Shown here: positions 47,701 to 57,798 of the stretch, one piece after another
Layout of the letters: every line of letters begins with the position of its first letter
Numbering within the stretch: position 1 is the stretch's first letter
Assembly: GCA_047639315.1 (NCBI GenBank)
Contig: JBLINQ010000001.1
Span: 20,010-84,009, forward strand
Direction: 5' to 3'
Source of the DNA: Planctomycetota bacterium
Lineage (GTDB): Bacteria; Planctomycetota; GCA-002687715; DRQF01
DNA: 64,000 bases
Position numbers and translations under genes: made by a program
Notes under the pieces: generated by a model
The model's database searches: none
Seen by the model: only the letters and a program-made list of their open reading frames with translations
What the model was told of the DNA's origin: nothing

Positions 47701-49824
47701 ATGTGGCGTTGCTTAGTCTTCTTACTCCTATTGTCTACCTCGGTTTCCCATCCTGGAATCCAAGAAGACGTTGAATCCTTTGAGCGGGACTACGGCAAAG
47801 TAATCAGCTATGCCAAGCGTTCGAGGTGGAAGAAAGCCGGAGAACTGCTCGATAAGGTGCTTCTTGATCACGCCTTGGCACCCTATGTATTCGCCAAGAA
47901 GCGAGAGATCTTGGAGTACCTCGAACGCTGCGCCTTCCATTCGGAATACCCAGATGCCAAACCTGCCGATGTCGTCTCAGGGGAACTCCATTCCTACGAT
48001 TCTAAGCGCGGAAAAATAAAAATCACCTACAGCGGCAACTACCGTGATTTCGACAAGTCGACCGACTTTCGCTATCACCAGGCGAAGCTTGCAGGCCCTA
48101 CGACCATTGAAATTTCAGGCAAGAGTCATCCCGTGGGCCAAACACTCTATGCCCGCGCCTGCGTCGGCAACAAGATCGCCTACTCAGTTATCTTCGGTTG
48201 CAATGAAGACGCCAGCGGCTGGTTTCCAGGTCGAATTCGCGTCTTCAAGAACGAAGTCTGGGAAGAGGTCGACACGCGCAAGATGTCTCCGGTGAAGGGC
48301 GGCAAGAAATTCAAGCTCAAACTCAAGATTGGGGCCAAGTCGATCAACGCCTATTACAACGGGCGCGCCTACATGGCTGCTAAGAAGAAGAGCAACCTAT
48401 GGGAGTCATGGGGCATTGACCTCAACAAGGCAATCGAGAAGGTTACGCTGACCGGGACCATTGAACCGTCATGGATCAAGGGCAAGATTGATCAACGTCG
48501 GCAAGAGAATCTCGCCAGCTTCCGATCGACGTTTAAACTATCGGCGATTGCTCCAAGCTGGCTTCTCAAAAAACAAGAGGCCGTCGCCAGGGGCAAGAGC
48601 GATCGACGAAATTTCCCTGGTAAGATGAATACAGTTGTGCGCAACAACCTCAGTCAGGTTTGGCGCTTTGAAAGACTCAGCGAATGGGAGCTCGGACTCG
48701 CTGAAGTTGAGAAACTGCCAAGCTCGATTCCTGCGATTACTAAGGAGTGGTATCGAGGTGTTTTCAAAAGCCGCCTTGGGCGCTGGCCGGAATCTCTCAT
48801 TCACGCCGACGCCGTTCTTGCAGTCGACCCAACATTTTTTGAAGCCAGCGCCTTGCGTGGCAACGCCCTTGAACGATTAAGGCGTCGAAAAGAAGCACGA
48901 GCGCATTGGCGAAGTTTGATAAGAAGCTACCCCGGCGAGTCCTACTCGTTCATCTCACTTGCCTACTTGTTGCTCGACATCAACGAGATCGATCAAGCCC
49001 AGAAAATTCTGAGCAACGCCATCGCAAATGGCCATCGCAATCGCCAAATCAAGGAGCTCGAAGAGACTCTGTTTCGAGCCAAGAATGGTCCCAAGTGGGG
49101 ACGTGTCTTCGTCTGGAAATCTCGTCACTATGAAGTGCATACGGATATTGACAAGAAGACAGCCGAAGAGTCTGCCAAGGTTCTCGAGAAGGCGTTCTCG
49201 GCATATTCCGCTTACATGGGACGCGTCAAGAACACGCAGAAATCTCGCTTCCGCGTCTTCATCTTCTCTGGCGAAGCTGGCTACGCCGAATATGTCACAC
49301 GCCTATCTGGGAGTCCGAGCAGTCACACTGCCGGACTCTATTTCCCACTTCTGAAGCAGTTACTTATTTGGAACCTGCCGAATCGCGATGACATGTTGAA
49401 GACAGTGCAGCATGAAGGGTTCCACCAATTCATCGACAGCATCACCGAGGAGATGCCCACTTGGCTCAATGAAGGCACGGCCGAGTACTATGAAACAGCT
49501 ACCAGCGGCCGGTGGTCCAAGACTCCTGTCCGACCGGACCATCTGACTCATCTCGACTCTGTCGTTGGCGACTTAGCTAAGTTTGTGCGCATCAAGCACA
49601 AGGACTTCTATGCCCGGGCTGGCTTCAACTATGCTCGTGGCTGGGCCCTGGTTTATTTTCTCAGACACTCAACTCCGGCAAACAAAGCCCTCCTCGTGGC
49701 CCTCCATGAGAAACTCAAAAGTGGCATGCGCCAACTTCAAGCCATCAATCAGGTCTTTGACCAAGTGAGCATGAAGCAAATAAAAATCGAAATCGAGACC
49801 TTCTTGAAAGAGTTGCCCCGTTAA
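47701..49824 (+). CDS. Secreted TPR-containing putative zinc metallopeptidase (HEXXH gluzincin-like, DUF1570-like).
   Basis: It has a signal peptide. TVQHEGFHQFIDSITEEMPTWLNEGTAEYYE is an HEXXH-X18-E pattern with WLNEGxAxY as in the M1 clan. The central region is helical and TPR-like. Confidence 0.6.
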   Translation: MWRCLVFLLLLSTSVSHPGIQEDVESFERDYGKVISYAKRSRWKKAGELLDKVLLDHALAPYVFAKKREILEYLERCAFHSEYPDAKPADVVSGELHSYDSKRGKIKITYSGNYRDFDKSTDFRYHQAKLAGPTTIEISGKSHPVGQTLYARACVGNKIAYSVIFGCNEDASGWFPGRIRVFKNEVWEEVDTRKMSPVKGGKKFKLKLKIGAKSINAYYNGRAYMAAKKKSNLWESWGIDLNKAIEKVTLTGTIEPSWIKGKIDQRRQENLASFRSTFKLSAIAPSWLLKKQEAVARGKSDRRNFPGKMNTVVRNNLSQVWRFERLSEWELGLAEVEKLPSSIPAITKEWYRGVFKSRLGRWPESLIHADAVLAVDPTFFEASALRGNALERLRRRKEARAHWRSLIRSYPGESYSFISLAYLLLDINEIDQAQKILSNAIANGHRNRQIKELEETLFRAKNGPKWGRVFVWKSRHYEVHTDIDKKTAEESAKVLEKAFSAYSAYMGRVKNTQKSRFRVFIFSGEAGYAEYVTRLSGSPSSHTAGLYFPLLKQLLIWNLPNRDDMLKTVQHEGFHQFIDSITEEMPTWLNEGTAEYYETATSGRWSKTPVRPDHLTHLDSVVGDLAKFVRIKHKDFYARAGFNYARGWALVYFLRHSTPANKALLVALHEKLKSGMRQLQAINQVFDQVSMKQIKIEIETFLKELPR

Positions 49825-49837
49825 GCCTGTCTTCGAT

Positions 49838-51994
49838 CTAGTTAATACTCATGCGGCTTCCGTCAGAGAATTGCAGGAATTCGACGTTGGTAAGCACATC
49901 CTTGCCATCACGGTTCGCTGTCTTGTCCAAAATCGTTATCACTCGGAATACAACCGTGATTTGATAGTCAGATTTCTTGCCACGGTAGATCGCAACATCG
50001 ATGCCTTTGCCGCCGTCAATGATGTCATCTCCGCCATGGCCTTCGAACGAGTTGTTCCCTGCGTTGCCGCTTAGGCGGTTTGCGTGTTGGTTCCCCCAAA
50101 GGGTCGAGTCAAGGGCGCCACAAAGCCGCACGTGACGTAGATGCTTGGAAACCGATGTGTAGGGAATCTTTGTGTCATAGCGAATAGAAAATACCCCTTC
50201 GAACGACTGTGGCAGAGTTGGCTCATAGGTCAGGTGATCGGGAAGAAAACCTTCAACTAGCTTGAAGCCTCGGGCATCGGCCTTCCGCAGCGCCATTCGT
50301 GAATTGGCGCGAAAGTGACCAAAGTGGGAAGTCCCGGTGGGAAGGTCGTTAGCATCTAAGTCTTCCCCTTCATATTTCTTGGGCTTGACCTGCCATAGGT
50401 CTATGTAGTTGTCATATGCGGCTGCGATGTACTCGTTGCGATGACTGTCTGGCTCGTCCTCCGGCCATGGTTGCCAGACACCTTTCTTGGCGGCTTCAAG
50501 ATTGGCCTGTTGAAGTTCTTGATCATATCCCGGCAGCGCTGGGCGTATGCCATAGTCATGAACCAAATGAAGGATCTCTTCAAATGCTGCATCTCGTGTG
50601 ACGTGCCCCATGTAATCGGCGGAGCCTTCGATGGGGCATTCGTTTGCTCGCAGATCTTGAATTCCCAGATCGAGCTCGCCTAGTGGACCATCGAAGGCAA
50701 GCTCCATGTCTTCCTCGGTTCGAAATAGAGCCAAAGTCGCCCGGCGATCAGCCATGGCATTGGCGACTGCTTCCTTGTTGGCGCCAAATTTGGAACCGGG
50801 CACGTTGGTGAGGAAGTGGCCGAGAATCTTGCGAGTTCGAACGATCCCTTCATTCGTCCAACCCTCTTGCGCCAAGATGTGAATGGGCTTGCCGTTGGGA
50901 GCCACGATTCGCGTGTATCGATCAAAAGTCTTACGAATGATTGGATGCACCGACGGTGTCAGTGCTGCGATGGCGTTTTGCTTGCCTTCAATCTTGAGAT
51001 CATCAAGCCCGTAGGAGCGGTCCTCGAGCTCTGACTTGACGCGCTCTTGCGTCAATCCGAAGTGCGAGATTTCTTTAGGACTCATCCAATGAATGCCATC
51101 CGCGGGAGCTGCCTTCAAAGTAAACCAATAGAAGGCCTCCGGAATGCCCATCGCCTTATAGAACTCAAGGAACATGGCATGCTCTGGGTGATCATTCGGT
51201 AGGTCGGCGCCTTCTCGTCCGTCTTCGCCTTCGGCCCATGAATGAACACCGATCCTAGTATTCTGCCCCACGGTGCGCCTTGTTCCCGCACAGAAGAAGT
51301 CAACTCCTCCTGACGCAATCTCTCCACCATCAGCCAAGTGGATGTCATAGCCGTGCTTGCGAACGAGATCGGCAGCAAGGAGATTCGAGTGGTCATCAGC
51401 TGACCCTGGAACGTTGTGCATCTCAATGATTCGAATTTGTGGATGTTCTAGCCTGAGCCGTAAGACTGCCCCGGGCGTTGACCCATCGATTGTGCCCGAC
51501 ATGATGGCGCGATCTTCATTGACAACAAAAGCAACAGGCGTGAACTCGGATTTCAGGCGCATCAAGACTTCATGACGTTCGATCACACCGTCGCGATTGA
51601 CATCCAAGTCGTCGAGTTCTGCACGGCGTTCCTTGCCGAGTTCTTTCAGCTCGATCTTCTTATCACCATCTTTGTCCAAAACCTTGAAGAGGCCATCAAC
51701 TTCATTAGTCATCTCAGTAAGTAAATCAAGATGTTGCTCGCCGTCGGCCATGAGTTCCTTGGAGATCTTCAGAAACTCTTCAACACTCATTTTCTGATCG
51801 GCGCCCCCGGCTTCCTTGGCCAAGAGCAGCAGCCGCCCCGCGGCCTCATAGCCGCCAACCTGGTTGTCGTGGTTCGCATCAAGGAATCTGGCGAATTTCG
51901 CCAAGTCCGAATCGCGTTGTTGTTGTGAGGGTGTATTCAGAAACAGGAACAGGCACGCAGAAATACTCAGCGCAGTGGTCAGTCGGTTTGTCAT
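49838..51994 (-). CDS. Large secreted protein with N-terminal EF-hand-like loops, a ClpP/S49-like fold segment, and C-terminal hemolysin-type Ca-binding (RTX-like) repeats.
   Basis: It has a signal peptide. The EF-hand-like loops are DANHDNQVGGYE and DKDGDKKIELKE. The ClpP/S49-like segment reads IEMHNVPGSADDHSNLLAADLVRKHGYDIHLADGGEIASGGVDFFCAGTRR...IGVHSW. The C-terminal RTX-like repeat reads LSGNAGNNSFEGHGGDDIIDGGKGIDVA. Confidence 0.55.
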   Translation of the reverse strand: MTNRLTTALSISACLFLFLNTPSQQQRDSDLAKFARFLDANHDNQVGGYEAAGRLLLLAKEAGGADQKMSVEEFLKISKELMADGEQHLDLLTEMTNEVDGLFKVLDKDGDKKIELKELGKERRAELDDLDVNRDGVIERHEVLMRLKSEFTPVAFVVNEDRAIMSGTIDGSTPGAVLRLRLEHPQIRIIEMHNVPGSADDHSNLLAADLVRKHGYDIHLADGGEIASGGVDFFCAGTRRTVGQNTRIGVHSWAEGEDGREGADLPNDHPEHAMFLEFYKAMGIPEAFYWFTLKAAPADGIHWMSPKEISHFGLTQERVKSELEDRSYGLDDLKIEGKQNAIAALTPSVHPIIRKTFDRYTRIVAPNGKPIHILAQEGWTNEGIVRTRKILGHFLTNVPGSKFGANKEAVANAMADRRATLALFRTEEDMELAFDGPLGELDLGIQDLRANECPIEGSADYMGHVTRDAAFEEILHLVHDYGIRPALPGYDQELQQANLEAAKKGVWQPWPEDEPDSHRNEYIAAAYDNYIDLWQVKPKKYEGEDLDANDLPTGTSHFGHFRANSRMALRKADARGFKLVEGFLPDHLTYEPTLPQSFEGVFSIRYDTKIPYTSVSKHLRHVRLCGALDSTLWGNQHANRLSGNAGNNSFEGHGGDDIIDGGKGIDVAIYRGKKSDYQITVVFRVITILDKTANRDGKDVLTNVEFLQFSDGSRMSIN

Positions 51995-52017
51995 TTGGAT
52001 AACACTTCGAGAAGTCT

Positions 52018-52033
52018 GGTAACCTTGGTTACC
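52018..52033. promoter_or_regulatory. Perfect 16-bp palindrome (candidate operator) 24 nt upstream of the start codon of the 49838..51994 gene.
   Basis: The sequence is GGTAACC-TT-GGTTACC. Confidence 0.35.
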
Positions 52034-52284
52034 TCATGACGGGCGGTGGCAAGGATCTTGGCTCCGCTGCTCCGTTGAGCATGAACGTTAGCACAAGACG
52101 GCCTTTCTTGTGCAGAGGTCAGGGGCCCTGCCCGAGGATAGACCATCTTCGTGCCCGAGTGCCTTATCCAGTTCAGTCAGGGACTTGCTACCACCAAGAT
52201 TGAGATCGCGTCGCCAAGCATGGCACTTCCGTTGTAGACGGCCCAAGATTCCAGAACTCGACCAGTTCTGTCGATAATGCAGAC

Positions 52285-52773
52285 ATGAGCGAGACGGAGA
52301 AGATCACTTCGAAAGAGGAAGTTGCCGAAGAGGTGGGGGCTCCTGCATTTGAAGATTTGCCTGAGTGGTTTCAAGCAGAGATCAAGGATGAGAATATGCG
52401 CAGAGAGGTGATCGTCGACACGCGCGATAGCCTCTCTCAGACCTTCAAGCGAAATCTCGTAATCTTCGGGGCTTGCCTCAATGTCGTCGTCATTTGGGTC
52501 ACGTCAAATGCGATCTGGGGCGAACTGTTCTTGATGGCTGCCGCAGGAGCTTTATGCGCCTACATTTGCCTTCGCCTTGAAGCGAGTGAGCCAACGGGCG
52601 TGCTCATTGCTGGCGCATGCAATTTGCCGGCCTACTTCCTCGCGAGGAGCCCAGGCGAGTTGTCCGGGATGGATGTCGCGCCCTATTTCTTTACTTGTGT
52701 CATTCTTCTGGCAGCCGGTGGGATCCTCTCCTATACAATCTCCAGCGAGCGAGCCGAGCGCCTCCCTTTTTGA
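52285..52773 (+). CDS. Hypothetical small membrane protein.
   Basis: A 162-aa protein has an acidic N-terminus and 3-4 hydrophobic helices. Confidence 0.45.
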   Translation: MSETEKITSKEEVAEEVGAPAFEDLPEWFQAEIKDENMRREVIVDTRDSLSQTFKRNLVIFGACLNVVVIWVTSNAIWGELFLMAAAGALCAYICLRLEASEPTGVLIAGACNLPAYFLARSPGELSGMDVAPYFFTCVILLAAGGILSYTISSERAERLPF

Positions 52774-52824
52774 CATATGGTCTCAGGCTTTGAGATCGCG
52801 GGTGGTGCTGGTGTTCGGCCGGGA

Positions 52825-53466
52825 CTATCTCTTGGTCATGGCAATTTCTTGAAGAATTTCTCGGCACGTACACCCAGACCCAAGGCGATAGATACCGACA
52901 GCACGCGCACGACCCTGAGGCATGTCTACCAGTCCCGTTTCAAAATGATCGTCGCCAAACCCCAAAGTGATGTGGGGGTCAAAATTCGAAAACGCGGCTT
53001 TTTCAGCAAATTGACTAATCCATTGGGCATCGGATTCTCTGGCAGAATCGACGCCAGCCAGGAAGCTTGCAGTGTCGCCGTTGGCTCCGAGCCAATCAGA
53101 GAAGACAGACATGGTCGCCTGGTGGAGATCCTGAATTTCGGCTGTTCTTAGAACGTCAAGCGAATAGGTGTACGAGCCATGGGAGTTTCGTCTCTTCGAG
53201 ACTCGCTCGACTTCGATTTGGATCGACGCCGACTGCTTGAGCAAACTATTCAGTCGGTCTCGCGCCTCCAGGACGAACGCTCCTCCAACGAAGAACATAC
53301 CGAGTGAAATATGAGGCAAACCAAAGCGCACGTTCGGAGTCATAGCAAGTCGAATCTCACTGTCTCGACGATCCAACAATCTCTTGTTGATGGAGATGGC
53401 TTCCATGGCCAATTCATCGCCCGGGATGAGGGCCACATCGACAGCGAAGAAAAGAGACTGGTTCAT
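52825..53466 (-). CDS. 2H phosphoesterase superfamily protein (LigT/2'-5' RNA ligase-like cyclic phosphodiesterase).
   Basis: Two H-x-[ST]-x motifs are present (PHISLGMF and PHITLGFG) at the spacing expected for the 2H fold. Confidence 0.6.
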   Translation of the reverse strand: MNQSLFFAVDVALIPGDELAMEAISINKRLLDRRDSEIRLAMTPNVRFGLPHISLGMFFVGGAFVLEARDRLNSLLKQSASIQIEVERVSKRRNSHGSYTYSLDVLRTAEIQDLHQATMSVFSDWLGANGDTASFLAGVDSARESDAQWISQFAEKAAFSNFDPHITLGFGDDHFETGLVDMPQGRARAVGIYRLGSGCTCREILQEIAMTKR

Positions 53467-53720
53467 TCTTGTTCTTTCGTTCTGATGATGTGGGCTCGGT
53501 ATCTATCAGTCTCCATAAGAATCGTTTTCGATGGCGATTGCAAGTCACCAGCTGACCAGGAGATCTGCACTTGTGCAAAATGAACCTTACACATGGGGCG
53601 TGACTCCAGGATTCGAAAAGCTTTGTTGTTTTCACAGGCATCGAAACATGGTTAAGATCTGCCCGTCGCCCAGGAACGAACCAACCATTTCGGTTCCTTT
53701 TCCTACATCGAAAGAAGAAC

Positions 53721-55349
53721 ATGAAATCCACCCTTCGGGTTTGTCTTGTTTTGCTCACCATCATGTCTGCGGTGCCAATCGCCGAGGCCCAGAGCTTTGG
53801 CGCTTTGCGACGTGTGATTCAACGCAAGTATTCGCCAGCCGGTCATGCCGAACGTATGAATGCAGCTGAGGCGATCAGCGATCACGCCGACAACAACACG
53901 CTGCGCTTCGTCATTGCTCGCATTCGTATGACGTCGAAAGAACTCGTGTTCTTGCGCAACGATATGACCAAGGTGAAACATCGCCTTGACGAACTTGCTG
54001 TTAAGCTGAAAAAGGCGCGCAAGCTTGGCGCCGGCAGCGTGAACCAGAGCGATGTCAACGAACAGGCGAAAAAAGGAGAAGAACTCAAGGACACAGCACG
54101 TGCTGTCAGTCACATCGGTGACTTCTTGGAGGCCTTGCGCAAGTCTGTTGGTCTCATCGTCAAGCGCCTCGCTCCTGAGGATCAAGACAAAGCCCTGAAG
54201 ACGATGATCAAGGCCTACAAGAAAGGCCGAGATCCAGAAGACAAACTCGTCGTGTTACGCGTCATTGTCAGCTGTGAATCGCCAGAAATTCAGCCGCTTC
54301 TCATCAAGCTTACTACTTCGAAGGATGAGCTTGATCGCTTGCGAGTCTTGATCGTTGCCGAAGACTGGGGCGGACTGCGTGCTCTACGCTTGGCACTTGT
54401 GTGCTTGGAAGACGAGGCTTGGCCAGTGCGAGCGCAGTCCATTCGCGTCCTCAAGAAAGTTGGTGGTCGCCGAGCCTTAGAGTTTCTTAATGCAGCCATG
54501 GTGCGCGAGAAGGGGCGGCTCAAGACCGACGCCATCTTAGCGATGCGCTACTTGACTGGCGAGAACTTCCGCACGAACCAGCATCTTTGGAAAAAGTGGT
54601 TTGATGAGAACCGCGAACTGGTTACCGAGCCAACCGAGACGACCAACGCTGAGCCGCCCGAGGAAAAGAACAACAAAGAAGAGCCAGGGGGCGGCAGCCA
54701 AGACCCTCTTCGCGGCAAATTAGACGCGCCGAAAAGGAAGCAGGAAGCAGGCGGAACAGGTTTCTATGGCGTTGAGTCGACTTCGAAGCATGTTGTTTAC
54801 GTCCTCGATTTCAGTGGCAGCATGTCTCATTCGAAAACAGATAAGGCCGCAGGTAATTCGAAAATTACACTTCACGGTACTCGGCGAATCGATCGCCTGG
54901 CCAGTGAGCTTCTGCGTGCTGTCAGCGCTCTCCCGAAGGGCGCTACATTCAACATCGTTACCTTCACGCACAACGTATCTTCGTGGCGCGACAAGATGGT
55001 CTTCGCCACGAAGGACAACAAGGACGCCCTCAAGGCTTGGCTCTTGAATCGCGGCCCATCTGGTGCGACCAATCTCTTCGGTGGCTTGGAAGAGGCATTT
55101 AAGTTTGCCGGACGTGGCTCCTATGACGAATCCTACGAGACTGCTGCCGACACTATCTTCCTTCTTTCTGACGGCCAACCATCAGCAGGACGCTTGCAAA
55201 AGACTGATGAGATCCTCGCCGAAATCCGCAAGGTGAACTCTCTACGCCGCATCGCGATTCATGGTGTTTACCTTGGCAGTCATGGAGGTGGCTTGGTGCG
55301 TCGCTTAGCCGCTGAACACGATGGGCAATTTGTTAAGATCCCCGACTAA
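53721..55349 (+). CDS. Secreted protein with N-terminal HEAT-like repeats and a C-terminal von Willebrand factor A (VWA) domain.
   Basis: It has a signal peptide. The MIDAS motif is VVYVLDFSGSMS, with GATNLFGGLEEAF and IFLLSDGQPS downstream. Confidence 0.7.
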   Translation: MKSTLRVCLVLLTIMSAVPIAEAQSFGALRRVIQRKYSPAGHAERMNAAEAISDHADNNTLRFVIARIRMTSKELVFLRNDMTKVKHRLDELAVKLKKARKLGAGSVNQSDVNEQAKKGEELKDTARAVSHIGDFLEALRKSVGLIVKRLAPEDQDKALKTMIKAYKKGRDPEDKLVVLRVIVSCESPEIQPLLIKLTTSKDELDRLRVLIVAEDWGGLRALRLALVCLEDEAWPVRAQSIRVLKKVGGRRALEFLNAAMVREKGRLKTDAILAMRYLTGENFRTNQHLWKKWFDENRELVTEPTETTNAEPPEEKNNKEEPGGGSQDPLRGKLDAPKRKQEAGGTGFYGVESTSKHVVYVLDFSGSMSHSKTDKAAGNSKITLHGTRRIDRLASELLRAVSALPKGATFNIVTFTHNVSSWRDKMVFATKDNKDALKAWLLNRGPSGATNLFGGLEEAFKFAGRGSYDESYETAADTIFLLSDGQPSAGRLQKTDEILAEIRKVNSLRRIAIHGVYLGSHGGGLVRRLAAEHDGQFVKIPD

Positions 55350-55379
55350 GTAAGGGCGGCCTGAGCGCCCAAGTCAGTC

Positions 55380-56183
55380 GTGGAGAGTTCGCCGATGACG
55401 CGTCTTTGCCAACAAGCTATCGTTGTCGTTCTTGTGCTCGCTCTGGGCGCATGCACTTCAACGAACGCCTTTGTCGACATGCGGCCAGATAACGAAGGCA
55501 ATGCCTTTGCCGTTGCGTGGCTTGAGTTCACCCGACCAGACGACTCACATGTCACCCTCGTGAACATGGCCCACTTTGGCCATGTTGATTTCTACGATCG
55601 TGTCAGCAAGTCATTAAATAATTACGACATCGTGCTGATGGAAGGTGTGACCGGCGAAAGAAAAACTCCTTCCGAGGTGATGTCCCATTACCGCGAGATT
55701 GCTGAGACCCTCGGAGTCACAACTCAGGAATCGGCCTTAGCGCCCCAATCGAACTGGCGAGTCAGCGATGTGGATGCCGGCACGATCGCCGCTGCCATCG
55801 GCGACATTGAAGCCGAGATTGGTTCTTTCAACGAGCTGTTGAAGAGCCGACTCCAGGAAGAAATTGCATTCTCGAAAGCCAAGTGGCCGGCCCTGAACGA
55901 AGCAGAGCATAAGGCCAAGGCTCAAGAGTCGCTCCGTCAATCCTTCGCCGAAGGATTGACAGAAAGCACTGTGGATTCTGACCCCATCATCATCGTCGCC
56001 CGAAACCGATTTCTTCTGGCTCGCTTGGACGACTATCTTGGCTCTAAAGATTCCGTTGGCGCCAGGAATGTTGCTATCTGTTGGGGTGTGGCTCATGCGC
56101 CCGACCTAGTAGAGCGATTGAAAAATGATGGCTGGATTCTCACCTCGATTGAGTGGCAGCCAGTCTTCCCGATTGCTCCTTAA
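55380..56183 (+). CDS. Lipoprotein, hypothetical.
   Basis: VVVLVLALGAC contains the lipobox LGAC. No catalytic motif is seen. Confidence 0.5.
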   Translation: MESSPMTRLCQQAIVVVLVLALGACTSTNAFVDMRPDNEGNAFAVAWLEFTRPDDSHVTLVNMAHFGHVDFYDRVSKSLNNYDIVLMEGVTGERKTPSEVMSHYREIAETLGVTTQESALAPQSNWRVSDVDAGTIAAAIGDIEAEIGSFNELLKSRLQEEIAFSKAKWPALNEAEHKAKAQESLRQSFAEGLTESTVDSDPIIIVARNRFLLARLDDYLGSKDSVGARNVAICWGVAHAPDLVERLKNDGWILTSIEWQPVFPIAP

Positions 56184-56247
56184 GGCGAAGGGCACAAAAA
56201 AAGGCGGCGGCGGTTTGCGGCTGCCCTTCTCTGCGATTGACTGATTG

Positions 56248-57798
56248 CTACTTCCGCGGTTTCGGCAACTTGCCCTGAAGGACCACTTGAAGGTTGTTGG
56301 AGCTGTCAGCGAAGTACTCGGTCAGCCTCAGATCCTTAGCATCTTGTCGCCAGAAGAGAATCGAAAGTTCGGGCCTCTTGTCCAAGGCTGCTTTGAATTT
56401 TTCTGTCTTAAACCTGGTGAAGGTTCCCCGCAAGTCGAGCACTTTCGTTTGCCCATCAACCAAGTTCTGGAAGCCCTTAGCGCTGAGCTTCTTCATGTTA
56501 ACGAGCCTTAGTTTCTTGAGACCGCTGAGATTAGCGAGCGTTTTGCAGTCAGCATCGGTCACTCCTTGGCAGTAGAGGAATGACAATTCCCGCAGCGCAC
56601 GGCTAGATTGGATGCCTGTGCGGTCAGGGTTGGTGAACATAGAGATCTGTCCCTCAGTGAAAGTGACGAATCGAAATTCGAGAGAACTTAGGTTTGGAAG
56701 TAGGCCCAGCGCGGTCAAATCTTCTGTGCGGTAGGTGACAGAATCCATGCCGCTCGCGCCCAATTCTAACGTCCTGAGATTCACAAGGTTGGCAAACGCT
56801 TTCAATTGTGACATTGAGCGATTCGACGAGCCAGTGGCAGTCAGGCTCATGAGGCGGGGCCAGGATGATAGCGACCGGATGCCTTCAGCGGAAATATTGG
56901 TGCCGGAGATATTAAGCACAGTCAGTCTTTGGCCTACCTTTGCGCCGAGTCGATAAAGGTGCTCGTCGGTAATCTCAAGACCGCTGATGTTCAGACTGCG
57001 TAGCTTCGGCAAAGAAGCCAGACCATGGATCATGAAGGCACCAGGTTTTACCCCAGGATCTGGCTCCGGCAGAGGGTCTGGCAGGAAATCATTGAAAGAA
57101 GCACTCTGGCCGACCCACCCGCTGAGATCGAGGTGCGAAAGGTCCACGAGTTTGGTCACGGAATTCCACCCGGCTGCACTGATGTGTTCGTTCCAAGCGA
57201 GAGAAAGGGAAGTGAGATGCTTCAGCTCACTGAGTTTGCGAACGCTTCGTTCCGTGACCCAGGATTGACGAATGTCCAAATGGACGAGATTCGGTTGGGT
57301 CCGAATGATCTCAAGTAGAACGGCGTCGGTGATCTGATCGCTTGCACCCAGAATCCTTGTTGCCCCCGGGCTCAGTTTCTTCACATCGGCCATGGTGAAG
57401 ACCGAGATAACGGGGAGTACTTCGTTGTGGTCTTCGACCTCTTGATCATCTTCATCTTGGATCACTGGTGTTGCAAATCGATCTGCATCTGATTTGTCCG
57501 CAAAGAAACCGTTGTTCCAGAAGCTTGCAATGAGGAAGAAGATGGCACCGATGCAGGCCGCGTTAGCCAAGAGCGTCCAGAATTTTCGATCGAATCTCGA
57601 GGCTTCGCCCGGTTTGTTCAAAGTTGTTTCTATGACCATGGATGACATCTCTTCTCCTTTAACCTGCCGTTCTTCAGATTCGAACCTCTCGCGTACAACG
57701 GCGGACAGATCTCGCAGGGGAGATTCTTTCACGTCTTCACGCAAGGACTGCTCAAGAAATAGCAGCTCCAGATCTTCGTCGGAACGATTAGGCTTCAT
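56248..57798 (-). CDS. Anti-sigma factor with a cytoplasmic N-terminal domain, one TM helix and a periplasmic leucine-rich-repeat (LRR) domain.
   Basis: Its start overlaps the ECF sigma gene by 11 nt. The TM helix is LLANAACIGAIFFLIASFW. The C-terminal 350 aa carry regular LxxLxLxxN/T repeats (LTSLSLAWNEHI, LSHLDLSGW, LRSLNISGLEITDEHL, LTVLNISGTNISAEGI). Confidence 0.65.
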   Translation of the reverse strand: MKPNRSDEDLELLFLEQSLREDVKESPLRDLSAVVRERFESEERQVKGEEMSSMVIETTLNKPGEASRFDRKFWTLLANAACIGAIFFLIASFWNNGFFADKSDADRFATPVIQDEDDQEVEDHNEVLPVISVFTMADVKKLSPGATRILGASDQITDAVLLEIIRTQPNLVHLDIRQSWVTERSVRKLSELKHLTSLSLAWNEHISAAGWNSVTKLVDLSHLDLSGWVGQSASFNDFLPDPLPEPDPGVKPGAFMIHGLASLPKLRSLNISGLEITDEHLYRLGAKVGQRLTVLNISGTNISAEGIRSLSSWPRLMSLTATGSSNRSMSQLKAFANLVNLRTLELGASGMDSVTYRTEDLTALGLLPNLSSLEFRFVTFTEGQISMFTNPDRTGIQSSRALRELSFLYCQGVTDADCKTLANLSGLKKLRLVNMKKLSAKGFQNLVDGQTKVLDLRGTFTRFKTEKFKAALDKRPELSILFWRQDAKDLRLTEYFADSSNNLQVVLQGKLPKPRK

